DNA of 64,000 nucleotides from an uncultured Candidatus Saccharibacteria bacterium (GTDB lineage Bacteria; Patescibacteriota; WWE3; UBA101185; 2-01-FULL-41-18): NCBI GenBank assembly GCA_964636285.1, contig CAZWQF010000004.1, positions 3,666 to 67,665 of the forward strand, read 5' to 3'. Shown piece by piece: positions 57,130 to 64,000 of this stretch (position 1 is its first letter; each line of letters starts with the position of its first letter). The notes under the pieces were generated by a model. It saw only the letters and a program-made list of their open reading frames with translations, ran no database searches and was not told where the DNA came from. The position numbers and the translations under genes were made by a program.

Positions 57130-57519
57130 CTAAATCAAAACCAGCCCACCAACAAGAGCGATATAGAGCACCAGGGTCACAAGAGTTGCAACCACAATCC
57201 GAGTTCCAAGAAAAATCCGAGCATTATACTTTGGAGCGGTCTGGATGTGGGGTAGTTCGTTGTTTTCAACGTAGTCAGATTTCACTCTGAAAGCCGAAAT
57301 AAACAGGAAAAACCCAAACCAGATACAGGCAACAAACGTGTATGCAAAGGCCCCAAAGCTTGCTTTGAACGGGCCCATCATGAACACGAATCCAAATATG
57401 AACAACGCCATGCCTAGGACTAGCCTTGAAACACTTGTTCGGGCTTGCCCAAACTCTTCGCCAGTGTAAAGCGGTCCGCCATACAGTCTGGCAGGGCCTC
57501 CACCAGTACCTTGTGTCAT
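57130..57519 (-). CDS. Multi-TM membrane protein (GC-rich)
   Basis: Three hydrophobic helices. Confidence 0.4.
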   Translation of the reverse strand: MTQGTGGGPARLYGGPLYTGEEFGQARTSVSRLVLGMALFIFGFVFMMGPFKASFGAFAYTFVACIWFGFFLFISAFRVKSDYVENNELPHIQTAPKYNARIFLGTRIVVATLVTLVLYIALVGGLVLI

Positions 57520-57644
57520 TTCTGCTCTCCTATTCTAATTCGCTCAGTTGATATCTTGGATTATATCGCGTAAAACAAATTTGAGTACCCCTTTCTCTGA
57601 CTGATTGATTTACCTGGGCTATAAATCTTCCTACTGTTGACAAC

Positions 57645-57845
57645 ATGGCCAATTTTCAAGATAATCACTCCGTGGCAAAAAAGACATCAAGAATTCTTTT
57701 GCACCTTGTCTGTACAGAGTGCAAAAATCAAAACTACATAAGCCAAAAGAACAAAATGAACACTACAGATAAGTTAGAGGTTCAAAAATACTGCGGTAAG
57801 TGCAAAAAGCACACCGGCCACAAAGAATCCACAAAGCTTAAGTAA
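57645..57845 (+). CDS. rpmG: 50S ribosomal protein L33
   Basis: CxxC...CxxC zinc ribbon (CTECKNQNY ... CGKCKKHT), about 66 aa; followed by tRNA-Trp as in the conserved rpmG-trnW-secE locus. Confidence 0.85.
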   Translation: MANFQDNHSVAKKTSRILLHLVCTECKNQNYISQKNKMNTTDKLEVQKYCGKCKKHTGHKESTKLK

Positions 57846-57936
57846 ACTTCAATAACATGTAAATACTTCGTTAAATTGACACCCTATAGTAATATTGGTA
57901 TGATCTAAACAAATCACACTGCAAGGAGAAGATCAC

Positions 57937-58383
57937 ATGATCCCATCAAGAATGTCCATCGGGACTTTTCTAGTCCTAGGAATTGGCTTCATGACCTACC
58001 AGGTTCTGTTACGGAATTACCTACTGGACAATCCAGAGCTTTTCAAAGCAATTGAGTTGATAGTTCTGGTGGCGATTGCAAACTACGCTCTTGCAGTTTC
58101 CATCTGCCTGAGCTCAGGTATCAGGCCACTAAACCTGATATTGTTGTCAATTCTGACATTAATAGAATTGGTCGCGATTTCGATCGGCTTTATTTTTTGG
58201 GTAGATGCAGTATCCCAAAATCAAGCATTTACCGACCTGTTGTGGAATCAGGTGGGTATTTTCAGGGCGGTACTTAACCAGGGATACGTTTTCTTTCTAA
58301 TGTTTGGACCTTCATTTTTGCTGGCTAGCTCCTTTGGCTACATGGTTGGAGCCAAGAGAGAAACTGGCAGATCAGAAAGGTAA
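57937..58383 (+). CDS. Multi-TM membrane protein (148 aa)
   Basis: Four hydrophobic helices. Confidence 0.45.
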   Translation: MIPSRMSIGTFLVLGIGFMTYQVLLRNYLLDNPELFKAIELIVLVAIANYALAVSICLSSGIRPLNLILLSILTLIELVAISIGFIFWVDAVSQNQAFTDLLWNQVGIFRAVLNQGYVFFLMFGPSFLLASSFGYMVGAKRETGRSER

Positions 58384-58494
58384 CCAAGCAGATATCTGAT
58401 GAGAGGGGCACCACTAGTTTCTTGAATCATGTGGAAGCCCCTCTTTTTGTTGCAGGAGATGTATTTAACCTCTATAATCAGCCCAACGTAATAT

Positions 58495-58568
58495 AGGGGC
58501 GTCGTATAGTGGTAGTACAAGGGTCTCCAAAACCTTTAGCTGGGGTTCAATTCCTCACGCCCCTGCCA
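58495..58568 (+). tRNA. tRNA-Trp (anticodon CCA), CCA encoded
   Basis: Acceptor AGGGGCG/CGCCCCT, anticodon stem AGGGT/ACCTT with loop CTCCAAA, T-loop TTCAATT. Confidence 0.8.
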
Positions 58569-58713
58569 AAAAACCTTATAGAAAAAGCTTACTTTCAAAC
58601 TAAAGCTGCTACGATATACCCCCCCCCACTCTGCAGTCCAACTATTTAATAATCAGTTTTTCCTAAACATTATTATAGGTTATAATCTTCATCAAATAAT
58701 TCAGGAGGGAAAA

Positions 58714-58995
58714 GTGACAAACATCGTTCCGCCAAAACACATACCAGCAGAAAGTTGGGGGCTAAGAAGTGCCCTTAATGGCGGCACATGTCTCCCACCA
58801 GAGGAACAGGAAGCCAGGCTTGCAATGATTGCTCAGCAATCTAGAAACCTGCAAGTCATGAGGCAGATTCAAAGCTTACAGGTCAGCATGCTCAAGTCCC
58901 AAGTTGAGATGATGATAAAGCAAGCAGTTCTCATCAACTTAATTGCTGTTGGGATGGCGGTTGCTGTGCTTGCAGTCGTACTACTTTTCCTGTAA
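58714..58995 (+). CDS. Tail-anchored small protein (93 aa, GTG start)
   Basis: SD AGGAGGG 5 nt before GTG; single C-terminal TM. Confidence 0.4.
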   Translation: MTNIVPPKHIPAESWGLRSALNGGTCLPPEEQEARLAMIAQQSRNLQVMRQIQSLQVSMLKSQVEMMIKQAVLINLIAVGMAVAVLAVVLLFL

Positions 58996-59010
58996 CCCAA
59001 GGAGCAATCA

Positions 59011-59256
59011 ATGAACGCATCCGCATTCGTAATTGGGGCTGTGCTCTACTACAAGGGCACGAATGAGGCACTAGGATCATGCGGGAATGTTACCGCAAAG
59101 GTTCAGGTTATCAGGTTGAACTCCCCTGGCACCCCCTTTGCGGGCGACGTAAAGATCCTTGAAGTCCTGGAACAAGGGCCATGTGGAGACTTCGAACCGG
59201 GGCAAGTGATCAAGAACGTCTGCACCGCTGACCTCTCTGAACACGCTCCGCGATAA
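59011..59256 (+). CDS. Hypothetical small protein (81 aa)
   Basis: SD CAAGGAGC before ATG. Confidence 0.4.
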   Translation: MNASAFVIGAVLYYKGTNEALGSCGNVTAKVQVIRLNSPGTPFAGDVKILEVLEQGPCGDFEPGQVIKNVCTADLSEHAPR

Positions 59257-59359
59257 AGCCAAGTTGACCTCTTGGGAAAATTAAGCCATGAAGCTCCCCC
59301 TACTTCATGGCTTTTTAATGTAAATTAATAATATTAATGAAAAATGTTAAAATTAATGA

Positions 59360-59629
59360 ATAAATACACAAGTTTCAATTACTTCACAAGGTCAAATAAG
59401 CATTCCGGCAAAGATTCGTGAGGAACTTGGGATTAAGATCCCCTCTTTTGCAACAGTATCAATTGTTGATAATAAAATTGTGATCGAACCGGTCCAAAAC
59501 TTAATGGAATTAAAAGGGTCTATTCTGATAAAAAATAAACCCCTTAAAGGTCAAAACAGCCTACAGAAAACAATAGAAAAGGAAGAAAAAGCTTCAAGCG
59601 AATACATTTTACAAAAATTCAAAAAATAA
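59360..59629 (+). CDS. AbrB/SpoVT-fold antitoxin (VapB/MazE-like); no canonical start codon in frame
   Basis: Frame translates ...QVSITSQGQISIPAKIREELGIKIPSFATVSIVDNKIVIEPV... (swapped-hairpin motif); stop TAA is 1 nt before the PIN gene ATG; absent from the ATG-based ORF track. Confidence 0.45.
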   Translation: MNTQVSITSQGQISIPAKIREELGIKIPSFATVSIVDNKIVIEPVQNLMELKGSILIKNKPLKGQNSLQKTIEKEEKASSEYILQKFKK

Positions 59630-59630
59630 T

Positions 59631-60011
59631 ATGCCAACTTTTTTTGTTGATACAGATGTTTTTTTAAGATTTTTGCTAGATGACCATGAAGAACAGGCTA
59701 AAACAGCACAAAAATATTTTGAAGGAGCTCAAAACGGTGAGATTGAACTGATTGTTTTGCCTCAAGTTTTATTAGAAGTTTGCTATGTGCTAGCTAAAGT
59801 TTATAAAGTACCCAAAAAACAAATCGTTAGCAAAATTAAGGCTATTTTAGGCTCAGAGTACCTTTCAGTTATAGATAGGCAAAACCTCTACTCCGCCATA
59901 TCTCTATTCGAAAATAAAAACGTGGATTTTGTAGATGCTTACATTTATTCGAGTGCAAAAAACCAGAAGGTTGGCATTTTAACCTTTGATAAGGATTTTG
60001 ATAAATTTTAA
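59631..60011 (+). CDS. vapC: PIN-domain toxin (VapC-like)
   Basis: N-terminal FFVDTDVFLRFLL with conserved acidic residues (D, E, D...D) spaced as in PIN domains. Confidence 0.8.
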   Translation: MPTFFVDTDVFLRFLLDDHEEQAKTAQKYFEGAQNGEIELIVLPQVLLEVCYVLAKVYKVPKKQIVSKIKAILGSEYLSVIDRQNLYSAISLFENKNVDFVDAYIYSSAKNQKVGILTFDKDFDKF

Positions 60012-60054
60012 TCAAGCGTATAATCCAGAAAACAAGGCTAAACAGGAGGCACTT

Positions 60055-60390
60055 ATGCCAAGGCCTAGGATTGTATTCATTGGAACACTGGAACAGCTGT
60101 ACATGCTCTCCGGAATTGCTCGTAGGTTTGAAGAGGCAGGTTGGTGGACGCTCGAAGCGCATTCTGTTACTGAAGCCAGCGGACTCAGAGAGGCACAGGC
60201 ATGGGTAGTGTTTGCCTACGGAGACGACAACGTCGCGGAATTTGGGGGCATTAAGAACCCTCCTCCCACTCTGTGGCATTTGTTCACTGTGTACGATCGG
60301 CATCCAAAGACTGGCGTTGTGATCAACCACTCCCCTCTGCCATCGGTGATACTGCAAAAAGTTAACCAAATGACTGAAACCCAACGATAG
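60055..60390 (+). CDS. Hypothetical protein (112 aa) in GC-rich islet
   Basis: SD AACAGGAGGCAC before ATG at 60055. Confidence 0.45.
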   Translation: MPRPRIVFIGTLEQLYMLSGIARRFEEAGWWTLEAHSVTEASGLREAQAWVVFAYGDDNVAEFGGIKNPPPTLWHLFTVYDRHPKTGVVINHSPLPSVILQKVNQMTETQR

Positions 60391-60401
60391 GAGGATAAGA
60401 G

Positions 60402-60668
60402 ATGAGCCAAGAAGTAACTTTTATCATTGTCTTTGCTAACTCCAAAGTTCGTCGCTATCAAGGAGAGCTTGAGGAAGGGAGTACAATCCAAAGTGTAGTC
60501 GATGCGCTTTCTCGAGATCCGCAGGCAAAAGATCTGAAGGAGCTGCGCAACTTTGACTACACACCGTATGTTGACGGCGTTCAAGCTCACGAATGCAAAG
60601 TTCTTTTAGGAGTGTCTTTCATCACCGCAATCAAGATTGTTTCTAAGATGCCAGAACCCACGAACTGA
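60402..60668 (+). CDS. Hypothetical small protein (88 aa)
   Basis: SD TAGGAGGATAAGAG; 11-nt gap from the previous gene (operon). Confidence 0.45.
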   Translation: MSQEVTFIIVFANSKVRRYQGELEEGSTIQSVVDALSRDPQAKDLKELRNFDYTPYVDGVQAHECKVLLGVSFITAIKIVSKMPEPTN

Positions 60669-60782
60669 AAGAAAGCATTTGCTTTTATGAAGGGGTTCAA
60701 AATATGCCAATACTCACCTCCCCGGTAAACTTTTTGCCGGGGAGGACTTTTTTTACTTTTCCACTTTGATACACTATTAAAT

Positions 60783-61049
60783 ATGGAATATTTTAATCGA
60801 ATAAAAGAATGGCAACAAAAAATGTATGTTCCTGGATATTATACTGGAGGCAAAACCTTGCCCTTCCTTTCGATCAAATCAAAACGAACAAAACTTGGAC
60901 TCTCTGCCCTATTTTTGTTTTTTAGTACGGCCTTTTTAATTTGGGCATTTAAGCTCTATATGGAACCAAATCAAGAAAATTTGCTTGGATTTCTAGCATT
61001 TTTGGGTCTCTGCGGAATACTATTTTTAGCGATTAGGAAAAATGGGTAG
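60783..61049 (+). CDS. Small 2-TM membrane protein (88 aa), AT-rich
   Basis: Two hydrophobic helices. Confidence 0.4.
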   Translation: MEYFNRIKEWQQKMYVPGYYTGGKTLPFLSIKSKRTKLGLSALFLFFSTAFLIWAFKLYMEPNQENLLGFLAFLGLCGILFLAIRKNG

Positions 61050-61230
61050 CAAAGTAGTAAACACACCTTGTTTGACTCTACTCATTGCCTTGAGCTTTTG
61101 ACCTTGTATCAAGCCTCAACTATAATCTTCAACAACCAGCAAAGGAGGCAACCGTGCCAAAAAAAATCATCAGCGCTGTTTTGGATCAGTAGCACTTACG
61201 GACGACTACGAAGTGTGCCACTAGAAAACC

Positions 61231-61461
61231 ATGAACACACAAGGCTTGACTACCACTTACCAAAGCCTGCCTCAGCCAAATCAAACAGTTTGGGGTATTT
61301 GGGACGCCCATGCAACTTTCCCAGTCAGTGCTCCAGCACTTTACGTTGATGGAAAATGGCTTCGTCAGGAAAATGGGATCTGGGTATCATGTCCAGGACC
61401 TTCGTACTGGAGCCGTATGCAGGATGCAAACACGCAGTTCATCAACACAAGACAGGAGTAG
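61231..61461 (+). CDS. Hypothetical small Trp-rich protein (76 aa)
   Basis: ORF only; weak RBS. Confidence 0.3.
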   Translation: MNTQGLTTTYQSLPQPNQTVWGIWDAHATFPVSAPALYVDGKWLRQENGIWVSCPGPSYWSRMQDANTQFINTRQE

Positions 61462-61631
61462 CCTTTCCCTTTCGCCTCCAAAACTCCCCGGTAGATTTTT
61501 TGCCGGGGAGCTTATTTTTAATATCCTATAGTTTTGCTTTTATTGGGTTAAGCCTGTATAATGCACAGCAACAGTAGTAGTGGCTAACCCCACACAACTT
61601 TGAGAAACACAAAAAGAAAGGTCAGGTACGA

Positions 61632-61922
61632 ATGACAACCGAAGATCAGATTTCAGAGGCAAAGATTGTAGCCCAACACACTGTAGCAACAATCGTGGCA
61701 GCGCACGAGGCAAATCCCAGGCTTGGCAGACTGGATCGAGAGGCCATGAGCAAGCTACTTGATCGAGAGTTCATGATTGCACTCGAAGTGATCAAGCACA
61801 GGGATTCGCAGAGTTCGGCATCCATGTCGCCAGCAGGTGTCTCATGGTGGCCAATCATCGCGGTGGCAGGTTCAATCATGATTCTGCTTTTCTTGGCGGC
61901 TATCAACTACCTGAGCCACTGA
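61632..61922 (+). CDS. Tail-anchored small protein (96 aa)
   Basis: SD AAAGAAAGG; C-terminal TM (WWPIIAVAGSIMILLFLAAINYL). Confidence 0.45.
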   Translation: MTTEDQISEAKIVAQHTVATIVAAHEANPRLGRLDREAMSKLLDREFMIALEVIKHRDSQSSASMSPAGVSWWPIIAVAGSIMILLFLAAINYLSH

Positions 61923-62202
61923 TCAGAAGGCAGAGACAAGACTCACATAAGCTCACTTCAACACTTAAAGGTATTCATATGTAAAACAGGCACAAAAAAC
62001 AGCGCAAGCTGAACACGAGCTGGGCTAGATGCTACCCAAATGTAATGTTTGGCGGGCTGATCTATTGCATGGCGCGTGTTTGTGAGGGCATAAATTTCAA
62101 AAGAATTTGTGCCCTCCTCTTTGTCTCGCCCCCCCCCACATCCCTTCGCTATTCATTTTATTTAACTTAGCTTTTGAAAAATAAAACTGATATATTCAAT
62201 TT

Positions 62203-62625
62203 ATGGCAACTTCACAAAGCACAATGGATTTTTTAACTGATCAGTTAGGAGGCCTTTCTGATATTCGATATAAAAAGATGTTTGGTGAGTACGCTTTGTA
62301 CTATAATGGCAAAGTTGTGGCTTTAGTATGCGACGACCAGTTATTTATTAAACCCACAGATCAGGGACTTTTGTTCATTGCTCGGAGACTTTTTGGTGAC
62401 GAATTAAAGTTTGAAAAATTAAGTGAGAGTAAGAAGGTAAAGGCGATTGAGGACGCTAGAACGCAGGTGGAAAACCCGCCGTATCCTGGTGGAAAAATGT
62501 GGTATTTGATTTCCGGGGATTTATGGGACGACCGCGAATGGATGTGTGGAATTGTGAAGCTGACGGCAAGCCTTGTCCCCTACCCTAAGCTGAAAAAGAA
62601 AAAACCGACAATTGCTCGTGTGTGA
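62203..62625 (+). CDS. TfoX/Sxy N-terminal domain protein
   Basis: KKMFGEYALYYNGKVVALVCDDQLFIK matches the TfoX_N core (MFGGxGxYxxGxxFA.v.dd.LYlK). Confidence 0.65.
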   Translation: MATSQSTMDFLTDQLGGLSDIRYKKMFGEYALYYNGKVVALVCDDQLFIKPTDQGLLFIARRLFGDELKFEKLSESKKVKAIEDARTQVENPPYPGGKMWYLISGDLWDDREWMCGIVKLTASLVPYPKLKKKKPTIARV

Positions 62626-62665
62626 GCGGATTGTCGGTTCTGATTCGCCACAAATCCTCTCAACA

Positions 62666-62989
62666 TCAGGAATTTGGAGGCTGAATGACCGCAAATGAAG
62701 AGCCGTCTGGATAAACCGTGTAAGTTAGAACATGAGTGAAGTTTCTGTAGACCCTCCACTTATCAAATCCCCAGCGAACTCCCCTGATGTTGTGCGGTGC
62801 TCTGAGAAGATAGAAGCCTGGCCAGTCATTACTAGGTGTGACGTTTGTGAAACCAAGGTCTTCGTAGGCCGAAAGGGAAATAACCTTCCCATTCGCATCT
62901 CTCATGGGAAGAATCCACTCTCCATGACCCATGTTACCCATCCTACCGTTAGTTCTTGGGTTCAGCTTCCTGCCGGGTTTACGCAACAT
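62666..62989 (-). CDS. Hypothetical small protein (107 aa), GC-rich islet
   Basis: SD GAGAGG 7 nt before ATG at 62989. Confidence 0.4.
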   Translation of the reverse strand: MLRKPGRKLNPRTNGRMGNMGHGEWILPMRDANGKVISLSAYEDLGFTNVTPSNDWPGFYLLRAPHNIRGVRWGFDKWRVYRNFTHVLTYTVYPDGSSFAVIQPPNS

Positions 62990-63118
62990 TTTAACCTCTC
63001 GTGGGGTGCCAAGTTTTTTTGGAAATCGAACAAAAAAGGCTCGTTATCGAGCCTAAAAACTGCTCCGAAGGGCTTATGATAAAACTACAAACCCTTCGGG
63101 CTATTGAGAAAGGACTAA

Positions 63119-63355
63119 CTAGGAGAAAACAACATACGGGTGCTGTCCATACGGACGCACGATACGAAGTTGCTCCTGCTTCCAATCATCGGTGACGACT
63201 TCATGGCCAGTTGCAGGTTCCCGAGCGACAGACCAACCCTCCGGCAATCCACAAGGGTACTCATCGCCGTTTGCCTGACCCAAAATGGAGATCTTCAGCC
63301 CTCGAAGTTGCTGGAGACTACATTTGCCATCCTGAAGCTTAGTCGGAATCTTCAT
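63119..63355 (-). CDS. Hypothetical small protein (78 aa), GC-rich islet
   Basis: SD AAGGAAGAGGG before ATG at 63355. Confidence 0.4.
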   Translation of the reverse strand: MKIPTKLQDGKCSLQQLRGLKISILGQANGDEYPCGLPEGWSVAREPATGHEVVTDDWKQEQLRIVRPYGQHPYVVFS

Positions 63356-63472
63356 GACGTAGACCCTCTTCCTTATAAGTGAAACGCAATCCAGTCAAAC
63401 GGATTGCAGGCTAATATTTGGTACATCATGTTCTACCACAAATCCATCTTTAGTAAAAGCCCGTGTCTGCTA

Positions 63473-63535
63473 GGTTTTAGAGTCCCGGACTCTAAATTCC
63501 CCAACCATGCGGGTTTTTGTTACCCGTCCAGAAAC
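63473..63535. repeat. Degenerate type A arm (GGTTTTAGAGTCCCGGACTCTAAA, itself near-palindromic) followed by type B right arm GCGGGTTTTTGTTACCCGTCCAGAAAC
   Basis: Matches the dispersed repeat family; marks the boundary between the GC-rich islet and the transporter gene. Confidence 0.7.
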
Positions 63536-63572
63536 CCTTTACATCCTGCATGCCCCGTTCTAGCATGAATAC

Positions 63573-64000
63573 ATGACAATTAAGCCACTTCAAGTTAAAG
63601 AGCTCCCGGAATCCCCTTCGTTAAAAAAATTAATAGGACCAAGTTTTATCATCCTTGGCCTTGGATTAGGCAGTGGTGAAATAGTTCTTTGGCCCTACCT
63701 CACATCAAAATACGGAATGGGAATTATTTGGGGTGCTTTAATAGGGCTAACTTTTCAATTCTTTATGAACATGGAAATTGAACGATACGCATTGGCACAC
63801 GGCGAAAGCGTATTTGTTGGTCTTGCAAGAAAACTCAAGTGGCTACCCTTTTGGTTTGTGCTTTCTACCTTCATTCCATGGGCTTGGCCTGGAATTGTAG
63901 CTTCATCAGCACAGGTTTATGGACATGTTTTTGGAATTACACAAACAAAATATTTAGCAATAGGACTTTTGGTTGCAATGGGCTTAATACTTTCTTTAGG
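63573..64000 (+). CDS. NRAMP-like divalent metal transporter, N-terminal fragment (continues past window end)
   Basis: Open to the window end from ATG 63573; GPSFIILGLGLGSGEIV and successive TM helices resemble the NRAMP/MntH N-terminus. Confidence 0.5.
   Translation, partial: MTIKPLQVKELPESPSLKKLIGPSFIILGLGLGSGEIVLWPYLTSKYGMGIIWGALIGLTFQFFMNMEIERYALAHGESVFVGLARKLKWLPFWFVLSTFIPWAWPGIVASSAQVYGHVFGITQTKYLAIGLLVAMGLILSL

Noticed and set aside
58338-58520. 60-aa minus-strand ORF
   Set aside because: It overlaps tRNA-Trp (58495-58568); spurious.
13283-63535. GTTTTAG-containing repeats as a CRISPR array
   Set aside because: Copies are single or paired palindromes scattered over 50 kb with no regular repeat-spacer periodicity and no cas genes, so they are dispersed REP/MITE-like repeats instead.

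Overview
This 64-kb window comes from a low-GC (core about 35-40% GC) reduced bacterial genome. Much of it is ordinary translation, replication and cell-shape housekeeping. Recognisable operons are rpsF-ssb-rpsR, ychF, cysS, recR-dnaX, pth, ybeY, rpsU, proS, rseP, frr, tsf-rpsB, topA-dprA, mrdA-mreDCB, def-fmt, rpmB and rpmG-tRNA-Trp. A candidate-phyla (CPR/Patescibacteria-like) origin is an inference from the short EF-Ts, the unknown proteins sitting where pyrH and uppS-cdsA-dxr usually lie, the low-complexity tails on core proteins and the many small ORFs; that inference also frames several of the hunt interpretations. Many GC-rich (about 48-55% GC) islets sit between the core genes and encode small, mostly membrane or helical proteins that carry their own Shine-Dalgarno (SD) sites and hairpin terminators. 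The main accessory feature is a roughly 9-kb plus-strand island (about 44.2-53.9 kb) immediately downstream of tRNA-Thr(GGT), tRNA-Tyr and tRNA-Thr(TGT). The island is a tandem array of gene cassettes. Each cassette pairs an N-terminally 2-TM membrane protein with a small soluble partner. The proteins fall into at least four paralog families with consistent pairing: family 1 membrane with family 4 small, and family 2 membrane with family 3 soluble. The cassettes are separated by a conserved intergenic module of about 150-200 bp made of a hairpin, a GTCCCCC motif, a TTTTCATATTCT...TACAAT promoter-like box and a conserved leader. No integrase lies inside the window. Other notable items follow. 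A dispersed family of palindromic repeats (GGGTTTTAGTCTCCCGGAC and GGGTTTTCRTTACCCGTCCAG subtypes, sharing a GCATTTCTG extension) sits at core-gene junctions. One pair forms perfect 21-bp terminal inverted repeats around an 819-bp GC-rich insert between rseP and proS. A four-gene operon of small helical proteins is inserted between mreC and mreB. A VapBC-like toxin-antitoxin pair is present, and its antitoxin lacks a canonical start. An Erm-type rRNA methyltransferase-like gene lies in this otherwise minimal genome. A TPR gene is frameshifted inside a GCATTGGG tandem repeat. Finally, several C9/G8 homopolymer tracts occur in intergenic DNA. All calls rest on reading the supplied sequence and ORF track; no database searches were run.
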